DNA of 64,000 bases, from the NCBI GenBank assembly GCA_028692715.1, contig JAQUWU010000002.1, positions 23,437 through 87,436 of the forward strand, written 5' to 3'. Under the pieces are notes generated by a model. That model saw nothing but the letters and a program-made list of their open reading frames with translations. It was not told the origin of the DNA and did no database searches. The stretch comes from Paludibacter sp. GTDB taxonomy: Bacteria > Bacteroidota > Bacteroidia > Bacteroidales > Paludibacteraceae. Position numbers and translations under genes: made by a program. This document shows positions 10,036-20,877 of the stretch, in pieces. Within the stretch, counting starts at the first letter, position 1; every line of letters starts with the position of its first letter.

Positions 10036-10722
10036 ATGAATACCTATCATATATTAGTAGTTGATGATGAACCGGATTTGTGTGAGATTCTACAATTTAA
10101 TCTTGAAAATGAGGGTTATATTGTTGATGTTGCCTATTCTGCCGAGGATGCATTAAAAAAGGATTTATCACATTACTGCTTGCTTTTATTGGACGTAATG
10201 ATGGGTGATATTTCAGGTTTTAAAATGGCTAGAATGGTTCACGAAAATCCAAAAACAGCATCAATACCAATCATTTTCCTAACCGCTAAAACCAGTGAAA
10301 ATGACCGCCTGACGGGATTTGCTTTAGGTGCTGATGATTATATTCAAAAGCCATTTTCAATACGTGAAGTAGCGGCTCGTATCAATGCCGTAATTCGCAG
10401 GGTAGAGACTACAAAAAAAGGGAATAAAAAGGAGATGATAGCTTACGATACGCTTGAGATGAATCCAGTGAATAAAAAAGTATTAGTTAATAGTGAAGAA
10501 GTCTCACTAACAAAAAAAGAATTTGAATTATTAAAGCTTTTTTTGGAAAATAGAAACCGTGTTTTTTCCCGCGAAGAAATCCTCACAATGGTGTGGTCCG
10601 ATGAAGATGGTGTGCTAAACAGAACCATTGACGTGAATATTACTCGATTGCGAAAAAAAATTGGACAATACGAACATAATATTGTTACCCGTTTGGGGTA
10701 TGGCTATTGTTTTGAGGAATAA
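10036..10722 (+). CDS. OmpR-family response regulator (REC + winged-helix), orphan (no adjacent kinase)
   Basis: 228 aa. ILVVDDEPDL...LLLLDVMM (phosphoacceptor Asp) and the Trans_reg_C motif LTKKEFELLKLF...VWSDE...RTIDVNITRLRKKI. Confidence 0.85.
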   Translation: MNTYHILVVDDEPDLCEILQFNLENEGYIVDVAYSAEDALKKDLSHYCLLLLDVMMGDISGFKMARMVHENPKTASIPIIFLTAKTSENDRLTGFALGADDYIQKPFSIREVAARINAVIRRVETTKKGNKKEMIAYDTLEMNPVNKKVLVNSEEVSLTKKEFELLKLFLENRNRVFSREEILTMVWSDEDGVLNRTIDVNITRLRKKIGQYEHNIVTRLGYGYCFEE

Positions 10723-11040
10723 ATTAAGTTCCTTTTAATTCTCCAAAAGTGGAGTTTTATCTGACTCTGTTTTCGTTTAAACTATTTATGTATAACTCAT
10801 ATAATTAGTGAGTTATATGAAAGGATAGGATTCTTCTTAACTGCCCGCCATAGTGCAGATCAGTAATCTGCGACAACTTCAACTACTCTTTTTTTTGTTC
10901 TATTATAAATTGGTGCGATTACAAATCTGCGCCAGTGGATAATTAATACTCCCAACAAAGTTTATTAAAAACAATAAAAGCCGTCTACTAACAGACAGCT
11001 TTTACTTTCAGAGAAAAGGTTTAGAAACGAAAACGCAAAT

Positions 11041-12144
11041 TTAAAAGGTTGCAAGAATATTAGTTGGTTCAAATTCAATTTTGGTGAGTTCATTTAAAAA
11101 CAGTGATTCTGCCGTATGAGCCCAAAATTTAAATTCAAGAGTTTTGTTGTAATGAGGTATAAATTCGAGTAAAGTATCAATATTAAATTCATTTTCAGTA
11201 ATACCCACATTGGAACACATTGCATCAATAGCATTACATTCCTGTTCAATGTGAGTAGGAATCATTAATATGGGTTTTTGCATATACATAGCTTCACAAA
11301 CCGATTCAAATCCGGCCGTAGTGGCATAAGCTTTTGAGTCCGCCATATAATTCAGAAATTCGCAGTCGCTTAAGGTATGCATCGTAAGTGAACGTGTAAG
11401 CAGAGTTGTTTTATTTGCACCCTTTTTGTCCCAGAAAAAATGAAGTGTTTGTTCCGGATTGTTTAAACTCCAATTCCGTAACTCTTTGGCATAACCGCTA
11501 TTCAGTAAATATCCATGAATATATTCACCCGTTTTCGTTTTTTTGTTAATCACTTCTTTTCGTAATAATGGGGGAACAACATAAATATTCCCATATTGTA
11601 ACCCATTTTCGTCACGAAAAGAAAGAGCCAAAACTTTTAACGCATTCATAGCGGTAAGTCGTGAATAGAAGTTCAACAAACGAAACTGAAAATTATTATT
11701 CCCGGAATAATGAAATGCCTGTGTCAGAAAATAATACTGATGAGCAATACTTATCATGGGTGTTTCAGGATTAAAAAGTCCATAAGTAATTCCACAGAGC
11801 AACTCATAGAAATTAATTACCACATCTGCTTGCTTTACTTTCAAAGTTCTCTTAATACTGATTAAACTTGCAAAATACACCGGTAATAAAAGAAGGTTGT
11901 AAATAATACTTCCAACTAAAGATGAACTTTTACCTTTGGGTGTTGGCAAAAAGTTCGGACTTTGAAACTGTATAATTTCAGCATCTATTTTTTGAGTAAA
12001 GAAATCAGGTAATTTACGTTTGGCACTGGTTCCAACCATAACAGCCACCACTTCGTGACCATTATTTTCAAGCATATTTTTAAGACTCAATGCTTGCGTG
12101 TAATGTCCTCTTCCTTCGCCCTGTACCACAAATAAATATTTCAT
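11041..12144 (-). CDS. glycosyltransferase (GT-B fold, MurG/GT28-like)
   Basis: 367 aa. N-terminal GEGRGH motif typical of the MurG/MGT-type UDP-sugar transferases. Forms an operon with the LpxH-like gene. Confidence 0.55.
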   Translation of the reverse strand: MKYLFVVQGEGRGHYTQALSLKNMLENNGHEVVAVMVGTSAKRKLPDFFTQKIDAEIIQFQSPNFLPTPKGKSSSLVGSIIYNLLLLPVYFASLISIKRTLKVKQADVVINFYELLCGITYGLFNPETPMISIAHQYYFLTQAFHYSGNNNFQFRLLNFYSRLTAMNALKVLALSFRDENGLQYGNIYVVPPLLRKEVINKKTKTGEYIHGYLLNSGYAKELRNWSLNNPEQTLHFFWDKKGANKTTLLTRSLTMHTLSDCEFLNYMADSKAYATTAGFESVCEAMYMQKPILMIPTHIEQECNAIDAMCSNVGITENEFNIDTLLEFIPHYNKTLEFKFWAHTAESLFLNELTKIEFEPTNILATF

Positions 12145-12159
12145 CCCAGAACTGTAAAG

Positions 12160-13002
12160 TTAGAAAAAATGATTATAAATATTGTTTGAAAATGCCACTC
12201 TTAGAAGTTGTTTGTTTGCTTGATCAAACTCAACTATTTCAACCGGTTGGGGCTGATTTTTCGCATCATTATGCAGATACACTTCCCAAGTGCCATCTTC
12301 GTGTTCCAATAATGCCGACATGGTTTCTACCCAATCACCTGAATTAAGGTAATGAATCCCATTTATCATACGGTCAGCCGGTTGGTGAATGTGTCCGCAA
12401 ATTATTCCATCGGCATGACGGGCTTTTGCTAATGTTACCAATTCTTCTTCATAATCGGAAATATACGACACTGCTGTTTTGACTTTTTGCTTAATCCTTT
12501 GAGATAAAGAATAATACGGAAGTCCTTTTTTAATCCTATAATTATTGTAGATCCTGTTTACCCACAATAAAAATGTGTAACCTATATCGCCAAGTTTAGC
12601 AAACCAAACCATTTTAGACGTAATATTATCAAACACATCTCCATGTGTTACATAATAAGTTTTACCATTTTTTTTGTGAATATAATCTTTTACAATCTCC
12701 ACATTGTTAAATGAAAAAGGTGCAATTTGATCAATAAAATCATCGTGGTTTCCACGCACATAAATCACTTTTGTGTTGTGGTTTTCCATCATCTTCATAA
12801 TGATTTTAATCAAATCGGTGTGTTCTTTTTTCCATTTTCCTCCTTTTTGCAAATGCCAGCCATCAATAATGTCACCATTCATAATCAAGGTATTGCAGTT
12901 TACTGTGCGGAGGAAATCTGCTAGTTCACGTGTTTTTGAGTGCTCGGTTCCGAGATGAATATCGGAAATGACAATGGTTGGATAAAATTTCTGGTTGTAC
13001 AT
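12160..13002 (-). CDS. UDP-2,3-diacylglucosamine diphosphatase-like calcineurin-type metallophosphoesterase
   Basis: 280 aa. SDIHLG...NGDIIDGW...VRGNHDD phosphoesterase motifs of the LpxH family. Confidence 0.65.
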   Translation of the reverse strand: MYNQKFYPTIVISDIHLGTEHSKTRELADFLRTVNCNTLIMNGDIIDGWHLQKGGKWKKEHTDLIKIIMKMMENHNTKVIYVRGNHDDFIDQIAPFSFNNVEIVKDYIHKKNGKTYYVTHGDVFDNITSKMVWFAKLGDIGYTFLLWVNRIYNNYRIKKGLPYYSLSQRIKQKVKTAVSYISDYEEELVTLAKARHADGIICGHIHQPADRMINGIHYLNSGDWVETMSALLEHEDGTWEVYLHNDAKNQPQPVEIVEFDQANKQLLRVAFSNNIYNHFF

Positions 13003-13172
13003 AATTTTGTTGTTTTATGTATGCAAAGAAAGGGATGTTTTATTGCATGACTAAAACAGAATTATGAAAAGAGTATGACAAAAGAGACAAGCCTATTCGG
13101 ATATCAGTAATGCACTAAAAAAGGCTGCCCAATAATGGACAGCCTTTCTGGTATTTTGAAACGAATCAATTT

Positions 13173-13856
13173 CTATCTTCTACTTCCGCCCATAAATATT
13201 AAAATATAATATACCAATGTGGCTAACGAACCAAGTGCAGCCACTACATAAGTGTAAGCGGCGGTTTTAAGGGCATCTTTTGCCAAATCATGGGTTTCGT
13301 AATTGGTAATGCCGGCAGTATTTAACCATGCTAATGCACGGGCACTTGCATTAATTTCCACCGGTAAGGTCACAAAACTAAACAATGTGGTGGTGGCAAA
13401 AAGGATAATTCCAGCTAATAATAATTGTGGAAATGAATTTACAAAGATTATCCCTGCCAACAATACCCATTGCATCCAGTTGGAAGCAAAACTTACAATT
13501 GGAACAAGTTTAGACCGTAATGTAAGTGGAGCATAAGCAAATGCATGTTGTACGGCATGACCACACTCGTGCGCGGCAATGGCTGCTGCAGCAACGCTAC
13601 TGGAAGCATATACGTTTTCGCTCAAATTTACTGTTTTCGTCGCAGGATTATAGTGGTCGGTAAGATGACCATTGGTTGAAATTACCTGAACATCAAAGAT
13701 TCCGCTGTCGCGCAACATTTTTTCAGCTACATCTTTCCCTGTCATTCCACGAGGAATAGGAATTTTAGAATACTTTTTAAATTTTGACTTTAAATTGCTT
13801 TGAATTAGCCAACTTATCAGTGCAAAAACTCCGAAGATTACATATCCGAATAACAT
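13173..13856 (-). CDS. membrane-associated neutral zinc metallopeptidase (Zn_peptidase_2 family)
   Basis: 227 aa. HECGHAVQH (HExxH) motif. N- and C-terminal TM helices. Confidence 0.7.
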   Translation of the reverse strand: MLFGYVIFGVFALISWLIQSNLKSKFKKYSKIPIPRGMTGKDVAEKMLRDSGIFDVQVISTNGHLTDHYNPATKTVNLSENVYASSSVAAAAIAAHECGHAVQHAFAYAPLTLRSKLVPIVSFASNWMQWVLLAGIIFVNSFPQLLLAGIILFATTTLFSFVTLPVEINASARALAWLNTAGITNYETHDLAKDALKTAAYTYVVAALGSLATLVYYILIFMGGSRR

Positions 13857-13947
13857 ATCTATTATTTTTTAATTGTTTGTGTTTTGTTTTTCTCAAAATC
13901 CTTGCCAATTGACATATTGGCAGATGTTTATCAAAATCTTATCCTAT

Positions 13948-13985
13948 AAAAAAACAACATCTAAACAGATGTTGTTTTTTTTATT
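13948..13985. terminator. bidirectional-looking terminator hairpin downstream of purA
   Basis: AAAAAAACAACATCTAAACAGATGTTGTTTTTTTT. Confidence 0.55.
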
Positions 13986-14006
13986 ACAATATTTTATTTG
14001 AATTTA

Positions 14007-15275
14007 TTATTCAGCGTATCGAATAATTGTCTGAGCCCTGTCCGGACCTACCGAAACGATTTTAATAGGAACTTCTAGTTCTTCTTCCAGAAAGTTGATA
14101 TAAGCGTTGAACTCTTCAGGAAATTCGTCTTCGCTTTGCATTTTTGTCATATCGGTTTTCCAGCCTGGCAATTCAACATAAACAGGCTCAGCGCCATCGT
14201 TTAAGTCGTACGGAAATTGTTCCACTTCCACACCATTAATATTATAGGCAACACAAGCTTTAATTGTCTCAAATGTGTCCATTACATCACTTTTCATCAT
14301 GATGAGTTGAGTTACGCCATTAATCATTACTGCATATTTCAATGCCACCAAATCAACCCAGCCACAGCGGCGTGGACGACCAGTTACAGAGCCGAATTCG
14401 TTGCCAATCTTACGCATTTCGTCACCTGATTCATCAAATAATTCAGTAGGAAATGGTCCGCTACCAACGCGTGTACAATAGGCTTTGAAAATCCCATATA
14501 CTTCTCCTATATTACGTGGAGCAACTCCCAAGCCTGTACATGCTCCTGCACAAATTGTGTTTGATGAAGTTACAAATGGATATGAACCGAAATCAATGTC
14601 CAACATTGTACCCTGAGCACCTTCTGCCAATACTTTTTTGCCTGTTTTCAGCGCGTCGTTTACAAAATGTTCGCTGTCAATCAATTCAAATCGTTTTATA
14701 CATTCAATGCCTTCCATCCATTCTTTTTCAAGTTCAGTCAAATCGTATTCAAAATTGTACTGACTCAAAATCTCTTTGTGACGGGCAATGGCTGTGTTGT
14801 ATTTTTCTTCAAAATTATGTAGAATATCTCCTACACGAACGCCGTTACGACTTATTTTGTCGGTGTAAGTTGGACCGATTCCTTTTCCGGTAGTGCCAAT
14901 TTTGCTACTTCCTTTGGCCGATTCGTAGGCTGCATCCAATAAGCGATGTGTTGGAAGTATCAAGTGTGCTTTTTTTGAAATTTTCAAACGTTCAGTCAAC
15001 GGATGACCGCTTTTTTCGAGGGCATCTACTTCTCCTTTGAACAATGCCGGATCAAGTACCACACCATTTCCAATTACATTGATTTTATCTCCTTGAAAAA
15101 TACCTGAAGGAATGGAGCGTAAAACAAACTTTTTTCCTTCGAATTCTAATGTGTGACCAGCATTTGGTCCTCCCTGAAATCGTGTAATAAGGTCGTATCC
15201 CGGAGTTAGTACATCCACAACTTTACCTTTTCCTTCATCCCCCCATTGGAGACCTAATAAGACATCTACTTTCAT
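14007..15275 (-). CDS. purA: adenylosuccinate synthase
   Basis: 422 aa. MKVDVLLGLQWGDEGKGKVVD P-loop and full-length PurA similarity. Confidence 0.95.
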   Translation of the reverse strand: MKVDVLLGLQWGDEGKGKVVDVLTPGYDLITRFQGGPNAGHTLEFEGKKFVLRSIPSGIFQGDKINVIGNGVVLDPALFKGEVDALEKSGHPLTERLKISKKAHLILPTHRLLDAAYESAKGSSKIGTTGKGIGPTYTDKISRNGVRVGDILHNFEEKYNTAIARHKEILSQYNFEYDLTELEKEWMEGIECIKRFELIDSEHFVNDALKTGKKVLAEGAQGTMLDIDFGSYPFVTSSNTICAGACTGLGVAPRNIGEVYGIFKAYCTRVGSGPFPTELFDESGDEMRKIGNEFGSVTGRPRRCGWVDLVALKYAVMINGVTQLIMMKSDVMDTFETIKACVAYNINGVEVEQFPYDLNDGAEPVYVELPGWKTDMTKMQSEDEFPEEFNAYINFLEEELEVPIKIVSVGPDRAQTIIRYAE

Positions 15276-15318
15276 TTAGTTCTTTAAAATATATATTATT
15301 AATTATTTATTTCAATAT

Positions 15319-15780
15319 TCATGACTTAGTTTTCTTCATTTCGTCTATACATTTGCTGCAGAGTCCGAATAGATACAAAGAATAGTGTGAAGTCTGAAAA
15401 TGTGCAAATTGACGAGACTGAATGGCGACACGGATTTGTTTGTCGGAAAATTCTTTTACTTTTCCACAGTTGGTACAAATTAAATGATGATGCGTAGCGG
15501 TGCCAAATGCTTTTTCGTATTGTGCAAACTGTCCACCCAATTGATGTTTAATAATCAATTTGCAGGCCTGTAGTAATTCGAGTGTGTTGTACACAGTTGC
15601 CAGACTCACGCGATAATCACTTTTCATGCCGTTAAAGAGGACGTCAGCATTAAAATGACCTTGATACGAATATATTTGTTGCAATATTGCATATCGTTCG
15701 GGAGTTTTCCGATGATGATGCTTGCGTAGATATTCAGTAAATATCTCCTTTATTTCTTCGTATGAGACTTCTTCCTTCAT
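15319..15780 (-). CDS. fur: Fur-family transcriptional repressor
   Basis: 153 aa. HHHLICTNCGKV...C metal-binding motifs. Winged-helix N-terminus. Confidence 0.8.
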   Translation of the reverse strand: MKEEVSYEEIKEIFTEYLRKHHHRKTPERYAILQQIYSYQGHFNADVLFNGMKSDYRVSLATVYNTLELLQACKLIIKHQLGGQFAQYEKAFGTATHHHLICTNCGKVKEFSDKQIRVAIQSRQFAHFQTSHYSLYLFGLCSKCIDEMKKTKS

Positions 15781-15829
15781 TTTATAAAAAATCTGACCAA
15801 CAAAAGTACAACTTTTACATTATTTAATG

Positions 15830-16516
15830 CTATAAAATATCCAAAAATAATATTTCTTGTTTTACTTCATTAAAAATAAATTGCTGTGAATGAATTGGGC
15901 TATTTGATAAAATTTCTGTTTTAGTTTGGATTAACATAGCGGTTTCTTTATCAATTCGGCAAAATCGACTTAAGCAAAGAGCAATGGATTTATAAAGATG
16001 TAAATTGTCGGTTTTTGATAAATCTAGTCCTTTTTCAATGATTTTAACCACCGTATTTTTATCAAAATTTCCGAAAGCGCGGGCAGAAAGGATAAAACCG
16101 GTAATTTGTTCCCAATAATTTTCAGATTGAACCCATTCTACTGCCAATCTGTTTGAGAACGAAAGCCTACTAAACAAATTCATAGTGGATTGTTCGATAA
16201 TTTCTATTTGATTGAAATCTTTCACCCATTGCTGTGCCAGCTCGTATGTGAATTTTTCGGCAGGTTCAATCAATGTTGCTAAAATCATGGTTTCACGTAT
16301 GCCGAGACTCCATAAACGTTGTGCCAAATCATGATTTTGGGTATAATCCTTTGCCAATTCTTTCAACCGGGGAATGGAAACGCCAAAATTTTTTTTATAA
16401 ATAATTCCACTATTTATCATCTGATCCGACACCACTCCGTTCATCGAAAGTCGTATTTTTATTTTAATTTCCTTTATTTTTGAATCAATTTCGGGGTTTG
16501 AAAGGTAGTATTCCAT
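15830..16516 (-). CDS. DNA alkylation repair protein (AlkD/AlkC-like HEAT-repeat)
   Basis: 228 aa, all-helical repeat protein. Similarity judged only from the general pattern, so confidence is moderate. Confidence 0.45.
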   Translation of the reverse strand: MEYYLSNPEIDSKIKEIKIKIRLSMNGVVSDQMINSGIIYKKNFGVSIPRLKELAKDYTQNHDLAQRLWSLGIRETMILATLIEPAEKFTYELAQQWVKDFNQIEIIEQSTMNLFSRLSFSNRLAVEWVQSENYWEQITGFILSARAFGNFDKNTVVKIIEKGLDLSKTDNLHLYKSIALCLSRFCRIDKETAMLIQTKTEILSNSPIHSQQFIFNEVKQEILFLDIL

Positions 16517-16608
16517 TTATTTCATGATTTTAAACGTTGGTAACTAGCTTATTGAGAAATAAGCTGTAATTTTAAAAAAAAATAGTTGCACAAAATCAAT
16601 TGCTGTAT

Positions 16609-16616
16609 TATCTTTG
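16609..16616 (+). promoter_or_regulatory. -7 promoter box TATCTTTG (with TTG about 20 nt upstream) for tRNA-His
   Basis: TAnnTTTG consensus. Ends 16 nt before the tRNA 5' end. Confidence 0.5.
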
Positions 16617-16631
16617 CACTCGCAAAACATG

Positions 16632-16708
<77 letters not shown>

Positions 16709-16736
16709 ATTTTTTAAGTTTAAAAGGAAGAGCAAA

Positions 16737-19319
16737 TTAGTTCTTCCTTTTTTGTTTTTTATTCTCTTGTAACTGATTGTTTTTGTCAACCATGTCGGTA
16801 GCACGATACAAATCAATAAAGTCGTATCCCAGTTTTGATAATTCAATTAACAATGAATATAAACGTGGGTAAAATTTATCGGGTCGTTTTTTGTCAGTTC
16901 CTAAATGAAACAACATAATATTCCCGTTCAATCCTTCTTTCGATTCCGTATCCAGAATTTTGTTATAAATCTCAATACTCGAAAAATAATTTGCTCTCAT
17001 CTCCGGAACGGTATTATCTGCACTTGTCAGCGTTCCGGGAGTATTACTTATCAGCTGTAAACCCACTTCTTTCGACCATTTGCTTATACTGTCGTTATAC
17101 CATTCGTAGGGTGGCAAAAAGAAGGGCGAGTCTTTTTTCTTTAGGTCAAATTTTTCCATGGCTTTGAAACTCGCTTTCAAATCATTCAGAAAATCAGCTT
17201 TGCTTATAAACATTGAATCCCGATTTTGAAAAGAACAGTATAAAAGATTTTTATTGGAACTTGGGCCTAAATAATGTCCATCTTTTTTTAAGCTTTTTAT
17301 GATTCTTGCAAATTTTCTTTTTCGATAAAAGTCTCCGGTAAAAAAGAAGGAGGCTTTAATATTTAATTTTTTCAGTGTTTTATTTATTTTTTTATAGCCA
17401 TCGGCATATTCGTTGCCGGTAAAAACAAGCGCAATCTGCTTTTTACTGATATCAGTTCGTGTAATCCCGCCATATTTATACAGATTTTTGTTTGCAGCCT
17501 TTTCAGGAACACCATCTTTTTGCTTCCCGGATAGGAGATAAGTCAATGATGCAGTACCATCCAGTGTTGTTTCGTTTGTTGTGAAATCAACATTGTCATC
17601 ATGATATACAGCCCAATCAGATTGAAAATGCTCGTATTCGTCCGACTTCGAAGATTTTGAATCCATAACTGCATTAAAAACGCTTTTTTGTACCGGTCCA
17701 TTAATTAAACCGCCATTATGAATCTGTGTTTTTTTGTTTTCCGAATTATAAACCTGCTTTGGTGTGTTTCCATAATCAGGTAGCCCCACAATCATACTTG
17801 TTCCCCATGGGTTTTTGCCAAACATCCAATCAATCAGTGAAGTTTCCAAGTCAAGATAACTTGAATCGTTGGTAATTGTTCTGTAAAGCCTGCATTGCGT
17901 TGCTAAAGCAGTAACGAGGTTGTTCGAACCCTGTATTAATGGCACACCAATATTAAACGGATTTTCGGCGGCACGTAAATTCATGCGTTCAATTCCGTTT
18001 AACAGGTTTTGCAAAAATTCTTTTTGATAACGTGGATTTTCAACATTAGCCAGCATATAATGACCGATGTTTATGAATGGAAACCACTGATAATGTTTTG
18101 CAGTGTCAGAGCAAAGCCAGGGAGTTATGGGTTCCATTCGACCGTAATCCGCTGCGTCTCTTAAAAAGCTTCCTTTGTAGGTTAACCGATAAAGTTCTGT
18201 GGCAGCCAGCTCCATGTCATCTGACCAGTTATCTTCTTCTAAACAGATGTTTGATTTCGTTGGAACGCTTTGACATACACCCGGATTCTCTTTCCCTAAT
18301 TGGTAGGCTTCAAAGGCCTTCTGACTTAAAGTGTCGGCAAAAGCGGGGTAAAGCTTGCTAAATGAATTCGCACCTAAAGCAAAGGCAGAAGCATATTTCC
18401 CGGCAATGGATGCAATTCCGGTAGATCGATTTTTGATATTTGAGAGTCCCTGTGGAGTGCCATTTGCCAAAAAGACAGATCGCTCATTGTTTTCAATAGG
18501 AATATTATCTCCTTTTTCGTCACAAACCTGAAATAATAACGAGTCTTTTGATGGATACATTTTTAACAGCCAATTCAATCCCCATTTGGCTTCGTCAAGA
18601 ATATCCGGAATGCCGTTCGGGTTTCGTTTTCCCGTTGCATCATAAGCATCCGTGAATGCTGAAGGATTTAATTGGTAAGATAAAAGCAGTTGGAAAACAG
18701 CATTTGCAGAGGTAGAACCGTATTGTATATTCGTTGAATTTTCTTTCCATCCACCTTGTACGTCAATTGTTTTTGGTAGTGGTTTCGTTGGAGTGATAGC
18801 ATTTGCCGATTTTTTATTTCGGGTTCCAGAGTTATATTTTGTTTCAATAGGAGTAAAAACTTCAAAATGTTCATCGTCATTAATCACAATTCCATTTTGT
18901 TTAGCAATAGCTGAATCGGGAGTTATTCTACTTTGTCGCATATAATTCAACAAAAAATCGGCTGTTCCTAAATAAATATTTTTGTTGATATAAATGGTTG
19001 GAGAATAGATTAAACCCGCTTTAATGTAAAATGCACCTTGGAGCGTAAAGTTGGAAAAATCAAGAATATAAGTGCTTTTAAAATCCTGAAAATCACCTTT
19101 ATTCAGAATATTTGTGTAATTTGCCAATTCTTCATTGGTTAGTGCGTCGTGAATGCTGAATTGAGTAAGCGCACGTGGGGTTTTACTTATGAAAACGGCT
19201 TTCTTTTGGGCAGAAGGCAAGTATCCAAGTTGATTTATACGAATCCATGCATCTATGCCGTAAGTGTAAATACTTATGCATAAAATGAAAAATAGTACTG
19301 AAAAAATCCTTTTTGACAT
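16737..19319 (-). CDS. secreted two-domain enzyme: glycoside hydrolase family 9 (with N-terminal CelD Ig-like domain) fused to a C-terminal polysaccharide deacetylase (CE4/NodB)
   Basis: 860 aa. Signal peptide. IRINQLGYLP Ig-like motif. GH9-like DDMELAATELYRLT and NPWGTSMIVG blocks. C-terminal NodB-homology region (ALVFTGNE...HLGTDKK). Confidence 0.65.
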   Translation of the reverse strand: MSKRIFSVLFFILCISIYTYGIDAWIRINQLGYLPSAQKKAVFISKTPRALTQFSIHDALTNEELANYTNILNKGDFQDFKSTYILDFSNFTLQGAFYIKAGLIYSPTIYINKNIYLGTADFLLNYMRQSRITPDSAIAKQNGIVINDDEHFEVFTPIETKYNSGTRNKKSANAITPTKPLPKTIDVQGGWKENSTNIQYGSTSANAVFQLLLSYQLNPSAFTDAYDATGKRNPNGIPDILDEAKWGLNWLLKMYPSKDSLLFQVCDEKGDNIPIENNERSVFLANGTPQGLSNIKNRSTGIASIAGKYASAFALGANSFSKLYPAFADTLSQKAFEAYQLGKENPGVCQSVPTKSNICLEEDNWSDDMELAATELYRLTYKGSFLRDAADYGRMEPITPWLCSDTAKHYQWFPFINIGHYMLANVENPRYQKEFLQNLLNGIERMNLRAAENPFNIGVPLIQGSNNLVTALATQCRLYRTITNDSSYLDLETSLIDWMFGKNPWGTSMIVGLPDYGNTPKQVYNSENKKTQIHNGGLINGPVQKSVFNAVMDSKSSKSDEYEHFQSDWAVYHDDNVDFTTNETTLDGTASLTYLLSGKQKDGVPEKAANKNLYKYGGITRTDISKKQIALVFTGNEYADGYKKINKTLKKLNIKASFFFTGDFYRKRKFARIIKSLKKDGHYLGPSSNKNLLYCSFQNRDSMFISKADFLNDLKASFKAMEKFDLKKKDSPFFLPPYEWYNDSISKWSKEVGLQLISNTPGTLTSADNTVPEMRANYFSSIEIYNKILDTESKEGLNGNIMLFHLGTDKKRPDKFYPRLYSLLIELSKLGYDFIDLYRATDMVDKNNQLQENKKQKRKN

Positions 19320-19446
19320 TAATTGAAGGCTTTATTTTGCAAATGTAGCGGAAAATATCGAAAATACAAATGAAAAATTATTGAGAAAAAAATATTACTT
19401 TTGTGACTAATTTTATTTTGTCAATTTACAATATAACACGAAACAA

Positions 19447-20760
19447 ATGAAAGTATTAAAATTTGGTGGGACGTCCGTAGGTTCAGCCGCTCGCATGAAA
19501 GATGTTGCTAAACTGATTTGTGATGGTGATCAAAAGATTGTTGTTTTGTCTGCAATGTCAGGTACAACAAACAGTTTGGTGGAAATTTCCGATTATTTAT
19601 ATAAAAACAATACAGCCGGTGCATTGGAGCGAATTAATGCATTGGAAAAAAGGTATTACGATGTAACGGAAGAGTTGTATGCAACGGTTGAATACAAAGT
19701 AGAGGCAACAACAGTTTTGAAATCACATTTCGAATACCTGCGCTCTTTTTCAAAATCAATATTTACTTTGTTTGAAGAAAAAGCTATTTTGGCTGAAGGT
19801 GAATTGCTTTCTACTACAATATTTCAACTTTATTTGAAAGAAAAAGGTGAAAGTAGCGCGTTGCTTCCTGCATTAGAATTCATGCGAATTGATAAAAATG
19901 CCGAACCCGATACTTCTTTTATTGCTGGAAGCTTGGCAAAACAACTTATTGCTCAGCCTGATAAGGTTATTTATATCACTCAGGGTTTTATTTGCCGTAA
20001 CTTTTATGGTGAAATTGATAACCTGCAACGTGGTGGTAGTGACTATTCCGCTTCGCTGATTGGAGCTGCTGTTAAAGCTACTGAAATTCAGATTTGGACG
20101 GATATAGATGGAATGCACAACAACGATCCACGTTTTGTGGAAGGAACAAAACCAGTTCCGGTACTTCATTTTGAAGAGGCTGCTGAGTTGGCCTATTTTG
20201 GTGCGAAGATTCTTCACCCAACCTGTATTTTGCCTGCAAAGTTAAATAATATTCCAGTTCGATTGCTGAACACTATGGAGCCTAAAGCTCCCGGTACTTT
20301 AATTTCTACTCAGAGCAAAAAAGGAAAAATAGAAGCCGTAGCTGCAAAAGATGGTATTACGGCTATTAAAATAAAATCGGGTAGAATGTTGTTGGCGCAT
20401 GGCTTTTTGCGTAAAGTGTTTGAGATTTTCGAATCGTATCACACCCCTATCGATATGGTAACTACTTCTGAAGTTGGAGTATCTGTTTCGATTGACAATG
20501 CAAAGCGTTTGGACGAAATTGTGAATGAATTAAAAAAATTCGGGACAGTTTCAGTGGATAAAGAAATGGTGATAGTTTGTGTTGTGGGCGATATGCATTT
20601 CGATAATGTTGGTTTTCAGGCAAAAGTAGTAGGTGCAATGAGTGAAATTCCAATTAGAATGATTTCGTATGGTGGTAGTAACTATAATATCTCGTTTCTG
20701 ATTAAAGCAAAAGATAAAAAACGCGCCTTAAATTCGTTGAGTAAAGCGTTATTTAATTAA
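19447..20760 (+). CDS. lysC: aspartate kinase
   Basis: 437 aa. MKVLKFGGTSVGSA amino-acid kinase N-terminus. C-terminal ACT domains. Confidence 0.9.
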   Translation: MKVLKFGGTSVGSAARMKDVAKLICDGDQKIVVLSAMSGTTNSLVEISDYLYKNNTAGALERINALEKRYYDVTEELYATVEYKVEATTVLKSHFEYLRSFSKSIFTLFEEKAILAEGELLSTTIFQLYLKEKGESSALLPALEFMRIDKNAEPDTSFIAGSLAKQLIAQPDKVIYITQGFICRNFYGEIDNLQRGGSDYSASLIGAAVKATEIQIWTDIDGMHNNDPRFVEGTKPVPVLHFEEAAELAYFGAKILHPTCILPAKLNNIPVRLLNTMEPKAPGTLISTQSKKGKIEAVAAKDGITAIKIKSGRMLLAHGFLRKVFEIFESYHTPIDMVTTSEVGVSVSIDNAKRLDEIVNELKKFGTVSVDKEMVIVCVVGDMHFDNVGFQAKVVGAMSEIPIRMISYGGSNYNISFLIKAKDKKRALNSLSKALFN

Positions 20761-20790
20761 GACTCCAAACCCCTAAAGGGGCATTAAGAT
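20761..20790. repeat. GC-clamp hairpin AACCCCTAAAGGGGCA directly after the lysC stop
   Basis: Same CCCC-TAAA-GGGG motif family as at 541-602 and 22039-22068. Confidence 0.45.
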
Positions 20791-20877
20791 CTTAATACAC
20801 GTATAAATTTAAAGTATTATAAATTATATAAACTTGGTCTTCATTCTCTTTAGAGCTATGGGGTCGTCCTTTTTATT

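Noticed and set aside
19320-19446. Lysine riboswitch upstream of lysC
   Set aside because: The leader is only about 125 nt and lacks the conserved L-box helices and motifs.
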